A stretch of DNA of 40,080 bases, taken from positions 1 through 40,080 of the forward strand of contig PBRM01000137.1 in assembly GCA_002725915.1 (NCBI GenBank), read 5' to 3'. The notes under the pieces are model-generated. The model was not told where the DNA came from. It saw nothing but the letters and a program-made list of their open reading frames with translations, and did no database searches. This DNA is from Gemmatimonadota bacterium. GTDB taxonomy: Bacteria; Latescibacterota; UBA2968; UBA8231. How positions within the stretch are numbered: position 1 is the stretch's first letter; each line of letters starts with the position of its first letter. The translations under genes and the position numbers were made by a program. Shown here piece after piece: positions 29,170 to 39,010 of the stretch.

Positions 29170-30103
29170 GGAAGAGGGGAGGGTGAGGGGCGGCACAGGA
29201 GGTGATGAATTGCCGTCTGAGCTCGGGGGCGGCCGGGGGACAACCGCGGGTCCGGCGACCCGAACAGCGGCTAAGGGACGGCTCGCATCCGCCCTCACCT
29301 ATGGCGGATTGGCGGTGGCCGGGGTGGTAGCCGCCTTTCCCTTCGTGTGGATGCTTCTCACCTCCTTCATGACCCGGGGGGAGACCCTGCGGTACGTCTA
29401 CCTCCCTGCCACCCTGGAATGGCGCAATTATGTGAGGGCGTGGAGCGAGGCGAACTTCGCTCTATATTTCAGCAACAGCCTCATGATCGCGGTGGTACAG
29501 GTGGGGGGTACGCTGCTGTTCTCGCTGATGGCGGCGTACCCGCTGGCGCGCATGCAGTTTCGTGGCCGGGAGACGATCTTCCTCATCATCCTGGCCACGC
29601 TGATGGTGCCCGAGACGGCGACCATGGTGCCCAACTTCCTCACCGTGTCCTGGCTGCACAGCCACAGCGCCATACCGTGGCTGAACAACTGGCCGGCGCT
29701 GACGGTTCCGTTCATGGCCAGCGCCTTCAGCATATTCCTGCTGCGTCAGTTCATGCGCGGCCTGCCAGGCGAACTGTGGGAGGCCGCTCGCATCGACGGG
29801 GCCGGTCATGTGCGTTTCCTGTTTCAGATCGCCCTGCCGCTGTGCCGGGCGCCGCTGCTGACGGTGGGGATGTTTACTTTCATCGGATCGTGGAATGCCC
29901 TGGGGTGGCCCCTTCTGGTGACGAGTAGGCCAACGTGGCGGCCGATCTCGGTGGCCCTGCTCAGATTCGTCGAGGAAGCGGGGGCGGAGACCCAATTGCA
30001 GATGGCGGGCGCCGTCATCGCCACCGTTCCGGTTCTGTTGCTGTACGCGCTGATACAGAAGGAATTCACTGCGGGAATCTCGGTGTCGGGCTTGAAGGGG
30101 TGA
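29159..30103 (+). CDS. Carbohydrate ABC transporter permease (MalG/UgpE-like)
   Basis: EAA loop WEAARIDGAGHVRFLFQIALPLCRAPL. The start overlaps the upstream stop (ATGGTGACTGA). Confidence 0.85.
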   Translation: MVTEEEGRVRGGTGGDELPSELGGGRGTTAGPATRTAAKGRLASALTYGGLAVAGVVAAFPFVWMLLTSFMTRGETLRYVYLPATLEWRNYVRAWSEANFALYFSNSLMIAVVQVGGTLLFSLMAAYPLARMQFRGRETIFLIILATLMVPETATMVPNFLTVSWLHSHSAIPWLNNWPALTVPFMASAFSIFLLRQFMRGLPGELWEAARIDGAGHVRFLFQIALPLCRAPLLTVGMFTFIGSWNALGWPLLVTSRPTWRPISVALLRFVEEAGAETQLQMAGAVIATVPVLLLYALIQKEFTAGISVSGLKG

Positions 30104-30202
30104 CACCGGCGTTGTCCGGATTACATCGGCGCCGGGGGGCGAGGGGGGGATGACGTCGCGCTTCCGATGGCCGGGTTCCCGGCGCTAGGCCGAAAGGAAA
30201 AA

Positions 30203-31531
30203 ATGGTAGTAATCAGGCACATGCTGGGCTGTTGCGTCTTGTTGCACGGACTGGCGGGTTGCGCCCCCGAAGAGACGGCCGATGTGGCGGCGAAGGTCGA
30301 CCTAGAGAGAGTTGATCCGACCGGAGCCGAGGTCGTGTTCTGGTACCAGCACACGGCCACGAGAGAAGAAGCTCTGCTGGCCATGATCGACGAGTTTAAC
30401 CGGACCAACCCTGACCAGATCACGGTACTAGGGGAGTTTTCGGGCAAATACAGCGCCATCTACAACAAGATGATGGTCAGCCTGCAGGCCGGAACCCTGC
30501 CGGATCTGCTGGTCGCCTACCAAAACCAGGCCGTCATCTACCATCTTGCGGACGGATTGGTGGACCTGACATCCTACATGAGCTCTCCGCGGTGGGGACT
30601 GTCAGAGGAGGCGCGAGCCGACTACATCAAGGCTTTTCTGGATCAGGATAACATCGACGGGGCGCAGATCTGTTTCCCCCCAAACCGCTCCGTGGAGGTG
30701 CTCTACTACAACCTAGACTGGCTGGAAGAACTGGGTTACAGCCAACCTCCTGAAACCTGGAGCGAGTTCGCCCAGATGTGCCGCGAAGCGAGGGACCAGC
30801 CGTTCTCGCTATCGCGCAATCCGGGGCGCAGCTTGGGCTTTATCTTCGAGGCGGACGCCAGTCGGCTGGCCACCATGGTGTTCACCCGCGGCGGTGACGT
30901 GATGAATGCCGGGCGCACCGCTTACAGCTTTACCTCCGGAGAGGTGCGGGAGGCGATGGTGCTGATGCAACAGCTGATGAGTGAGCGGGCGGCGGAACTC
31001 CTGGCCGAGCCGTACGGCGACCAGAAGGAATTTGCCGTCGGCCAGGTGCTGTTCGTCATGCGCTCTTCCTCGGGCATGCCCTTCATGAGCAGCGCTGTCA
31101 ACGACGACGGCATGGGTTTTCGCTGGGAAGCGGCCGCCCCGCCGCACACGGGGGACCGCCCCGTCGTCAACGTGTACGGCGCCAGTGTATCCGTATGCCG
31201 CACCACCCCGGAGCGCCAGTTAGCGGCGTGGCTGTTCCTCAAGTGGTTCACTGAGCCGGAGCAGCAGGCGCGTTGGGTGCGGGCGAGCAACTACTTCCCG
31301 GCGCGCCGCAGCACGGCGAGAGAGCTGGATACCTACTTCGCGGAGAATCCGCGCTACCGCACCGTCTACGACCTCCTCGACTACGGCAGATCCGAGCCGT
31401 CGGTCGCTGGATATCAGGCTGTGCGTCGGCTGATCGAAGAGGCGATGGTAGAAGTGGCCCAGGGCGGGAAGGTCGATGTCGTACTGCCGCGGCTGGAGAG
31501 AGAAGCCAATGCCACGCTGGAGGAGTTCTGA
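30203..31531 (+). CDS. ABC transporter extracellular solute-binding lipoprotein (family 1, sugar type)
   Basis: Lipobox LAGC after a hydrophobic leader. Typical sugar SBP length and composition. ATG at 30203 is preferred; the track ORF begins at 30167. Confidence 0.8.
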   Translation: MVVIRHMLGCCVLLHGLAGCAPEETADVAAKVDLERVDPTGAEVVFWYQHTATREEALLAMIDEFNRTNPDQITVLGEFSGKYSAIYNKMMVSLQAGTLPDLLVAYQNQAVIYHLADGLVDLTSYMSSPRWGLSEEARADYIKAFLDQDNIDGAQICFPPNRSVEVLYYNLDWLEELGYSQPPETWSEFAQMCREARDQPFSLSRNPGRSLGFIFEADASRLATMVFTRGGDVMNAGRTAYSFTSGEVREAMVLMQQLMSERAAELLAEPYGDQKEFAVGQVLFVMRSSSGMPFMSSAVNDDGMGFRWEAAAPPHTGDRPVVNVYGASVSVCRTTPERQLAAWLFLKWFTEPEQQARWVRASNYFPARRSTARELDTYFAENPRYRTVYDLLDYGRSEPSVAGYQAVRRLIEEAMVEVAQGGKVDVVLPRLEREANATLEEF

Positions 31532-31574
31532 GAGCCGAAACCGAGCGGAATTGGCTCTAACAGGAGGTCAAAGG

Positions 31575-34211
31575 GTGACGTCGGGGACCTACAATCGGAA
31601 ACAGCTGGCCGGCAGCGGCCGGCAGCGCACCTTCAGAGACAATCAGCTGGCGGAGATCGCCTTTCCTCTCGGCGGGCTGGGAGCCGGCTGCTTGCACCTG
31701 GGTGGCAGTGGAAACTTCCAGGACTTCTGCCTGTTCAACCGGCCCGATTTCGGACACAGTCCCATGACATTCGCGGCCCTGCACTGCCGCACCGGGGGTG
31801 GTGATGGCCTGATGAGAGTGCTGGAAGGCCCGGTGCAGAACCCGCACATCTATAACCAGGGACGCTTCGGCAACGGCGCCTTGGCATCGGGCCACGAAGG
31901 CTTGCCGCATATGGCCCGCGCTGATTTCACCGGGGAGTACCCCTTTGCCCGCGTGCGGCTCGAGGACCGCGAATTACCCGTGGGGGTCCAGTTGGAAGCA
32001 TGGTCGCCCTTTGTGCCGGGCGACGAGGAGGCCTCCGGTCTCCCGGCCGCCTTTCTGCGCTATCGCCTGCGCAACCGGTCGAAGCGGGCGCTGCAGATCC
32101 AATTCTCCTTTCACGCCCAGTACCCGGGTAAGTGTTCTACCCTTGCCGGACACCGGGTCCATCACCGTGGGGTGGGAGGGGAGACATCGGGACTTTTCTT
32201 CGACAGCGATCTGCCCGGCCCCCACCAACACAAGGCCAGCGTTGCCGTAGTCTCACCCCTCAACGGGCAGCAGGCGGATTGCGCCTGGTTTCGCGGCGGC
32301 TGGTGGGACGGACTCACCATCCTCTGCAACCAGCTCCTGAGCGCTCAGCTGCAGACGAACTCCCAGTCGCCGCCCACCAGCGACGACAGGCAGGTTCGCT
32401 TTGGAGCCAGCTTGTTCTGGAATCTCACCCTGAAGCCGGGAGAGTCGCTGGACATTCCCCTCGTCTATTGCTGGCACGCGCCGAACTCCGACCTGCGGCA
32501 GAGCCGCGCCGAAGATGCCGATGACGCCGACGGTCTCGACAGCGGGCGCCCCGGTATGGCGCGCACCTACCGGCCCTGGTACGCCACCCGTTTCAACGAC
32601 GCCTGGGCGGTAGCTGAATACGCGTTAGGCGAATACCACCAACTGCTGGCCAGGAGCCGGAAGTTCCGGGGCGCTCTTTTCGGCAGCAGCCTGCCAGACT
32701 ACGTCCTGGATGCGGTGTCGGCGAATCTTGCCATTCTCAAGTCCCCGACCGTGCTGCGTCAGGAGGACGGCATGCTCTGGTGTTGGGAGGGAAGCTCGTA
32801 CGGCGGCGGCTGTTGCTCCGGTACGTGCACCCACGTGTGGAACTACGCCCAGGCCTTACCCTACCTCTTCCCCGCCCTCGAGCGCACTCTTCGCGACCAG
32901 GAGCTCAGCTGGTCGATGGACCGCCGCGGCCACGTCACCTTCCGAGCCGCCCTGCCGACGGGGAAAACCACCCACGGAGGGCACGCCGCTGCCGATGGTC
33001 AGCTGGGGGGGATCGCCAAGGTGTACCGCGACTGGCGCATCAGCGGTGACGACGACTGGCTGCGGGCTCAGTACCCCCTGGTACGGCGCAGCCTCGAATA
33101 CTGCATCCGCACCTGGGACCCGGATGGCAAGGGCGCCCTGCTGGAGCCGCACCACAACACCTACGACATTGAGTTCTGGGGCGCGGATCCTCTGTGCACG
33201 AGCTTTTATCTGGTCGCCCTCCGCGCCATGGTGGAGATGGCCCGACACCTGGGCCGAGAACACGACGTCGAGCGTTATCGCAAGCTGGCCGATGACGGAA
33301 AGACGTATTGCGATCAGCGGCTGTGGAACGGCCAGTACTACCAGCAGAAGGTCCAGGTGAAGGACCTGAAAGCGTCCCGCCGTCTCAACCGCTGGCTACA
33401 CGGCTACTCGGACGAGGCCATGAAGCTGTTTCGGCGCGAGGGACCCAAGTACCAGTACGGCAGCGGCTGCATCTCCGACGGCGTCATCGGCGAGTGGTAC
33501 GCCACCATGCTGGGGCTGCCCGCGGCGATGACGCGGACCCGCGTTCGCCGGCACCTGGCGTCTATCTTCAAGTACAACTTCCGGCCAAGCCTACAGGGAC
33601 ACGCCAACCCCCAGCGTCCGGGATACGCCCTCAACGACGAGCCCGGGCTACTGCTGTGCTCCTGGCCAGGCGGGGGCAAACCGTCTCTGCCCTTCGTCTA
33701 TTCGGACGAGGTGTGGACGGGGATCGAGTATCAGGTGGCGAGCCACATGATCTACGCAGGTCTTCTGGCGGAGGGCTTGAGCATTGTCCGCGCCGTGCGT
33801 CTGCGCTACGACGGGCGCCGGCGCAACCCCTGGAACGAGTACGAGTGTGGCAACTACTACGCACGGGCGATGGCCTCCTACAGCCTTCTGCTGGCGCTGA
33901 GCGGGGTGCGCTACGACGCCGGCAGACGACGTCTGGAGGTCTCGCCTCGGGCCGGGGGAGCGGCCGAAGGGCGGTTCTTTTTCGCCACCGACGGGGCGTG
34001 GGGGACCGTCCACTATCAGCGGCGGCGATCGAGCACCCAGATCCGCGTGGAGGTGGCCGAAGGAGAACTGGAAATAGCCGAGGTCGTGGTCGCGGGTGAC
34101 GCCTCCCGGAGACGGCGACGGCAGCGCCTGGAGCGCGTGATCTTCGCTCGGCCGCGCGCCGCCCGCACCGTCACCGTAGAGACGAAGGGGGAGCGGTCGG
34201 TCGATGCCTGA
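31575..34211 (+). CDS. Glycoside hydrolase family 116 (GBA2-type beta-glucosidase/glucosylceramidase-like)
   Basis: N-domain motif IAFPLGGLGAGCLHLGGSG and catalytic-domain motif GTCTHVWNYAQALPYLFPALE. GTG at 31575 lies 7 nt after AGGAGG and avoids overlap with the SBP gene. No signal peptide. Confidence 0.85.
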   Translation: MTSGTYNRKQLAGSGRQRTFRDNQLAEIAFPLGGLGAGCLHLGGSGNFQDFCLFNRPDFGHSPMTFAALHCRTGGGDGLMRVLEGPVQNPHIYNQGRFGNGALASGHEGLPHMARADFTGEYPFARVRLEDRELPVGVQLEAWSPFVPGDEEASGLPAAFLRYRLRNRSKRALQIQFSFHAQYPGKCSTLAGHRVHHRGVGGETSGLFFDSDLPGPHQHKASVAVVSPLNGQQADCAWFRGGWWDGLTILCNQLLSAQLQTNSQSPPTSDDRQVRFGASLFWNLTLKPGESLDIPLVYCWHAPNSDLRQSRAEDADDADGLDSGRPGMARTYRPWYATRFNDAWAVAEYALGEYHQLLARSRKFRGALFGSSLPDYVLDAVSANLAILKSPTVLRQEDGMLWCWEGSSYGGGCCSGTCTHVWNYAQALPYLFPALERTLRDQELSWSMDRRGHVTFRAALPTGKTTHGGHAAADGQLGGIAKVYRDWRISGDDDWLRAQYPLVRRSLEYCIRTWDPDGKGALLEPHHNTYDIEFWGADPLCTSFYLVALRAMVEMARHLGREHDVERYRKLADDGKTYCDQRLWNGQYYQQKVQVKDLKASRRLNRWLHGYSDEAMKLFRREGPKYQYGSGCISDGVIGEWYATMLGLPAAMTRTRVRRHLASIFKYNFRPSLQGHANPQRPGYALNDEPGLLLCSWPGGGKPSLPFVYSDEVWTGIEYQVASHMIYAGLLAEGLSIVRAVRLRYDGRRRNPWNEYECGNYYARAMASYSLLLALSGVRYDAGRRRLEVSPRAGGAAEGRFFFATDGAWGTVHYQRRRSSTQIRVEVAEGELEIAEVVVAGDASRRRRRQRLERVIFARPRAARTVTVETKGERSVDA

Positions 34212-35562
34212 GCGCGTCTCACCCAACGTCGTGGTCTTCTTCACCGACCAGCAGCGCTGGGACACGACCGGTATCCACGGCAACCCCATGGGGTTAACGC
34301 CCAATCTGGACCGACTGGGCCGAGCCGACACGCACCTGGCCAACTCCTTTACCTGTCAGCCCGTGTGTGGTCCGGCGCGGTCCTGCCTGCAGACCGGGCT
34401 CTACGCCACTGCCACCGGCTGCTGGCGCAATGCCATCCCCCTGCCGGAGGGCAGCCATACCCTGGCGCACTCGTTCGCCGCGGCCGGTTACCGCACCGGC
34501 TACATCGGCAAGTGGCACCTCTACAACCGGGAGTCGCGCGGGCCGGTGCCGGCGACGCACCGGTTCGGATACGAGTACTGGCTGGCGTCCAATGTCCTGG
34601 AGTTCACCTCCGACGCCTACGACACCGTCGTCTACGACGGCGACGACAACGAGGTGAGGCTGCCCGGTTACCGGGTGGACGCCCTCACCGACGCCGGGAT
34701 TCGATACATGGACGCGAACAGAGAGGAACCCTTTTTCCTGTTCCTCTCCTACCTCGAGCCGCATCACCAGAACCACCTGGACGACTTCCCGCCGCCTGAC
34801 GGGTACCGGGAGATGTTCACCGGCGGGTGGATTCCCCCCGACCTGGCGGCGCTGGGCGGATCCACCCACCAGCACCTGGGCGGGTACTACGGTCAGGTGA
34901 AGCGCCTGGACGAGGCGCTGGGCCGCGTTCTGGACGCATTGGCCAGCCTGGGGCTGGCCGACGACACGGTTGTGCTCTTCACGTCTGACCACGGCAATCA
35001 CTTCAAAACCCGGAACAGCGAGTACAAACGCTCCTGTCACGAGAGCTCCATCCGCGTGCCCACGGTGCTGGCCGGGCCTGGGTTCCGCGGCGGGGGGCAG
35101 GTGGACGAGCTCGTGAGTCTCGTCGATCTACCTCCCACCCTGTTGGATGCCGCCGGGCTCGAGATCCCCGAACAAATGCAGGGTCGTTCGATACTGCCGC
35201 TCCTGAAGGGGGGGCGAGAGGGCTGGCCGGAGGAGGTCTTCGTGCAGATCAGCGAGTCGCAGGTGGGCCGCGCCGTGCGCACCCACCGCTGGAAATACGG
35301 CGTCGACGCGGCACAGGCCGATCCGGCGAAGGCCGGCGGCTCCGAGGTGTACACCGAGCAGTATCTCTACGATTTACAGGCGGATCCATACGAACTCAAC
35401 AATCTCGTCGGGCTGCAGTCCCACCGCCCGGCAGCCGACATTCTTGCCGCCAGGCTGAGGCGCCGCATGCGGGAGGCGGGAGAGGCGGAGCCGGTGATTG
35501 AGCCGGCGCCGGAGCGCCGCAGCGGACAGCGGCGGGTGAATGCAGACGAGGCGCGGCAGTAG
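34204..35562 (+). CDS. Cys-type sulfatase (arylsulfatase family S1)
   Basis: VVFFTDQQRWD metal-binding start, formylglycine motif CGPARSCLQTG (CxPxRxxxLxTG), TSDHGN. The start overlaps the GH116 stop by 8 nt. No signal peptide. Confidence 0.88.
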   Translation: MPERVSPNVVVFFTDQQRWDTTGIHGNPMGLTPNLDRLGRADTHLANSFTCQPVCGPARSCLQTGLYATATGCWRNAIPLPEGSHTLAHSFAAAGYRTGYIGKWHLYNRESRGPVPATHRFGYEYWLASNVLEFTSDAYDTVVYDGDDNEVRLPGYRVDALTDAGIRYMDANREEPFFLFLSYLEPHHQNHLDDFPPPDGYREMFTGGWIPPDLAALGGSTHQHLGGYYGQVKRLDEALGRVLDALASLGLADDTVVLFTSDHGNHFKTRNSEYKRSCHESSIRVPTVLAGPGFRGGGQVDELVSLVDLPPTLLDAAGLEIPEQMQGRSILPLLKGGREGWPEEVFVQISESQVGRAVRTHRWKYGVDAAQADPAKAGGSEVYTEQYLYDLQADPYELNNLVGLQSHRPAADILAARLRRRMREAGEAEPVIEPAPERRSGQRRVNADEARQ

Positions 35563-35649
35563 CGGGGGATCCAAGGCAGATCAGGCTCTATGGAACAGGG
35601 CCGACTCGCTGTCCGCACCACCTTCTTGCCGAAAAGTCACCCGTTCCCC

Positions 35650-35960
35650 GACATCTTTCCCTGTGGCTCTACACCATTCCCGAAATCTCTCGCATCGGTC
35701 CTTCCGAGGAGGAGCTGCGGGAGGCCGGCGTGCACTACGAGGTGGGCAGGGCTCACTACTACGAGATTGCGCGGGCCGATCGCCGGCGACACGTCCGGTC
35801 TCATCAGGCTCATCTTCCAGGTCGAGGCCGCCATGTGGGTATAGAGTGGTCGCCGTCGGCCCTCCGCATGGGGTTTTTCCTCCCTCCAGGTGGCAGCATG
35901 CTCCAACAGGCTCTACCAACAGCACGCTCCCCGATACCGATTGGGCGTTCTACCCGTAGG
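35650..35960 (+). pseudogene. Frameshifted C-terminal fragment of a pyridine nucleotide-disulfide oxidoreductase (SthA/Lpd-like dimerisation domain)
   Basis: Manual translation gives YTIPEISRIGPSEEELREAGVHYEVGRAHYYEIARA in one frame. It continues as IAGDTSGLIRLIFQVE in another frame, then degrades further. No FAD/NAD-binding N-terminal part is present. Confidence 0.5.
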
Positions 35961-36632
35961 CGGCTAAACTCCTCCCAGCGTGGGTCCATTCCCTCGTTGA
36001 GATGCTCCCGCGCGACGATCTCGGTGAAAGCGCGCCCCATCTCACGGCATCGCGCCATCTGAGCCGAGCCGCAGCCTACCCCACGGCCCGCCGAAGCCCG
36101 TCCGGAGCATGCTCCATCTTCGGGGAAAGCTTTTGCCGCGGGTGAGGGGGTCCGGGGGTTGGAATGAGGGAGTGGACGTGATCCCGGTGCTCCCGAAAGA
36201 AGACGCCGGAGATGGCGTCGCCGGAAGATGTCGAAAGAGGTCCGCTCGAGATCGAACACCCCCAGGAAGCGGTGCTCGGCGAAGGGATGACTACCCCCGC
36301 CCCCTGGCGGTGCCAGCGCGCGGTGGAAGTGGGTGAGGGACGCCGGGGCGCCCGTGGTCACGGCAAGAACGGTCTCGTCTGCGGCAGGCCGTAGCCCATT
36401 CGGCAAGCCTGACCGTTCACGCTTACGAGATCCTCAAGTACAGACCCATCCCGCCAGGCCTTCAAGGTGAGCCGCGGCACCCGGATCGGTCTGCGGTCAC
36501 AGCGTCGCCGATCGCCTTCGTGTCAAAGTTCCCAATATTCTAATAATGCTTATGTTTACAAGTGTTTACGCTCGTCGGCCCTGGAAGGGGGAGAGGCGGC
36601 CGCAGACGACATGCAAGGGAGCAGATAGATCG

Positions 36633-37562
36633 ATGTTGGATCGAGAGACATTTCAGGGGCCCTGGGCCGGCCTGCCGGTTCCCTGGACGGATGCAGATGT
36701 CTTCGACGAGGAGACTTTCCGCAGGGACGTCTCGCACTGTTGCGAGGCCGGCATTCCAGGGGTTTACAGCGGCGGCACCAGCGGTGAGTTCTACGCCATG
36801 GAGCTGGAGGAGTTCAAAGTCATTTCAACCGCTCTGGTAGAGGAATGTCACGGCCATGGCACGCCGGCTATGGTGGGGTGTTCGTCGACCTATTCGAGAG
36901 GGGCGTGCCTGAGGGCGGAGTGGGCGGCCGAGATCGGGGCTGATGCCATTCAGGTGGCGTTGCCGTACTGGATGGGGGTGGGGGACGAGCAGGTGGTGCC
37001 CTTCTTTCGCGAGGTGGCGCGGGCGGCCGGACATCTACCACTGTCCATCAACGAGACCACTCGAGCCAAGAAGGCGCTGACCTTGGCGCAGCATCAGGCC
37101 ATTCGGGAAGCCCTGCCCAACTACCTGATGGTAAAGGCGAACGCCGGCACCATCGGCACGGAGCCGGACGGCTGCCAGGCCTTGTCCGAGCTCGTCAACG
37201 TTTTCGTTTCCGAAGATCGTTGGCCAGACCTGGGCCCGCGCGGGGCCATCGGCCGCTGCAGCGCGCTGGTCTACTGGAATCCTCGCTACGCCCTGGGCCT
37301 GTGGGTGAAGCTGAAGGAGGCCAGGTGGGAGGAATTGCGCGAGGCCGCTCCCAAGCTGAAGAGCCTCAGCGACTACCTGTCCGCCTATTTCGGGCCGAAG
37401 GGGTTCACCGACACTGCCTACGACCGCATGGGGGGCCGCGCCAGCGGTTTTCTGAAGACCGGGCTCAAGAGCAGGGGGCCGTACCCCGCGGCCACCTTGG
37501 GCGACGTGGAGGCCCTGCAGCGCTGGTACCGGGAGCACTTCCCGGAGATGCTGGAGCAGTGA
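36633..37562 (+). CDS. Dihydrodipicolinate synthase family (class I aldolase) protein, divergent
   Basis: GGTSGEFYAMELEEF (GTTGE-like motif), ALPYW (PYY-like) and a Lys in LMVKANAG at the expected position. The start is set at MLDRETFQ, because the 29 upstream codons of the track ORF look non-coding. Confidence 0.7.
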   Translation: MLDRETFQGPWAGLPVPWTDADVFDEETFRRDVSHCCEAGIPGVYSGGTSGEFYAMELEEFKVISTALVEECHGHGTPAMVGCSSTYSRGACLRAEWAAEIGADAIQVALPYWMGVGDEQVVPFFREVARAAGHLPLSINETTRAKKALTLAQHQAIREALPNYLMVKANAGTIGTEPDGCQALSELVNVFVSEDRWPDLGPRGAIGRCSALVYWNPRYALGLWVKLKEARWEELREAAPKLKSLSDYLSAYFGPKGFTDTAYDRMGGRASGFLKTGLKSRGPYPAATLGDVEALQRWYREHFPEMLEQ

Positions 37563-37611
37563 GGGGATACGCCGCTGCGCTTCTCCAGCTGTGGTGGAAA
37601 GGAGGCCCGCT

Positions 37612-38970
37612 GTGAAAGTCGCCAAATTCGGCGGCAGCTCGCTGGCCACGGCCACCCAGGTGCGAAAAGTCGCCGACATCATCGGGCGGGATGCCCAGCG
37701 ACGCCTCGTCGTGGTGTCTGCGCCCGGTCGGCGAGCCCCCGGCGACATCAAGGTGACCGACCTCCTCATCGCCGCCGCAAGAGCCCGTCTAAGCGGTGCC
37801 AGCGGCAGGGCTGAAATAGAGCGCGCCATCGAGCGCTTTGCCGCTATCGGCGCGGATCTGGGTCTTGCCAGAGAGAGCCTCGACCCCATTGCCGTGGATC
37901 TGCGGATCCGTCTGGATGCGGATACGGCCGACGACGGCCTCTTCGTGGACACCCTAAAGGCGGCCGGGGAGGCCAACTGCGCCCGCCTGGTTACCGAGTA
38001 CCTGCGCGCCAGCGGGCTGGTGGCGCACTGTGTCGATCCGCTGGAGGGGGGGTTGATTTTGAGCGAGGAGGCCGGCAACGCCCGCGTCCTGCAGGCCTCT
38101 TACGGGCGGCTGAGAACGTTGCGGAAACGCCCCGGAGTTACTGTATTCCCCGGCTTCTTCGGATACACCGAGTCGGGCAGACTGGTCACTTTTCCCCGGG
38201 GGGGATCGGACATCACCGGCGCCATCCTGGCCGCGGCCGTGGGCGCGGAGCTGTACGAAAATTTCACCGACGTGGACTGCGTTTTCGCCGCCAATCCGGC
38301 CCTTGTCGAAAATCCCCGCGCCGTGGCCGAGATCACCTACAGGGAGATGCGCGAGCTTTCCTACGCCGGGTTCTCGGTCTTTCACGACGAAGCGCTCGAA
38401 CCGCTCTTCCACGCCGGCATTCCGGTGGCGGTAAAGAACACCGGCAACCCGGCCGCGGCCGGGACTCTCATCGTCGCCGATCGAGAGGCGGTGGGAGAGC
38501 CCGTGGTCGGAATCGCCGCCACCAGCGGATTTTGCAGCGTCTACGTCAGCAAGTACCTGATGAATCGGGAAATAGGCTTTGGTCGGCGTCTGCTGGCCAT
38601 CTACGAAGACGAGGCCATTCCCTTTGAGCACACCCCTTCCGGAATCGACAACCTCTCCGTGATCGTGCGCGAGGAGTTTTTCAATCACGCCACCGAGGAG
38701 CGCGTTTTGCGGCGCATCCGCACGGAGCTGGCGGCGGACGAGGTATCGGTAGAGCGCGGCCTGGCGCTGGTCATGGTGGTAGGCGAGGGTATGCGTCACA
38801 CCGTGGGGCTGGCGGCGCGGGCGACGGGGGCCTTTGCGCGCAGTGGGGTGAATCTGGAGATGATAAATCAGGGATCCAGCGAAGTGAGCATGATGTTCGG
38901 GATCAAGGAGGGGGATGTCACCGCGGCGGTGCGGTCACTGTACGACGAATTCTTCAGCGGCAGTGGTTGA
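37612..38970 (+). CDS. lysC: Aspartate kinase
   Basis: VKVAKFGGSSLATA N-terminus, amino-acid kinase fold, two C-terminal ACT-like segments. GTG at 37612 lies after GGAAAGGAGG. Confidence 0.88.
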   Translation: MKVAKFGGSSLATATQVRKVADIIGRDAQRRLVVVSAPGRRAPGDIKVTDLLIAAARARLSGASGRAEIERAIERFAAIGADLGLARESLDPIAVDLRIRLDADTADDGLFVDTLKAAGEANCARLVTEYLRASGLVAHCVDPLEGGLILSEEAGNARVLQASYGRLRTLRKRPGVTVFPGFFGYTESGRLVTFPRGGSDITGAILAAAVGAELYENFTDVDCVFAANPALVENPRAVAEITYREMRELSYAGFSVFHDEALEPLFHAGIPVAVKNTGNPAAAGTLIVADREAVGEPVVGIAATSGFCSVYVSKYLMNREIGFGRRLLAIYEDEAIPFEHTPSGIDNLSVIVREEFFNHATEERVLRRIRTELAADEVSVERGLALVMVVGEGMRHTVGLAARATGAFARSGVNLEMINQGSSEVSMMFGIKEGDVTAAVRSLYDEFFSGSG

Positions 38971-39010
38971 GAACACCAGGAGCGGCTGAGGCAGAAGAAG
39001 GGGAGGGGAT

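Noticed and set aside
35810-36406. 198-aa minus-strand ORF in the decayed region
   Set aside because: It has no recognisable motif, is Pro/Gly/Arg-rich, and overlaps the flavoprotein relic on the other strand. It may be real but cannot be supported from sequence alone.
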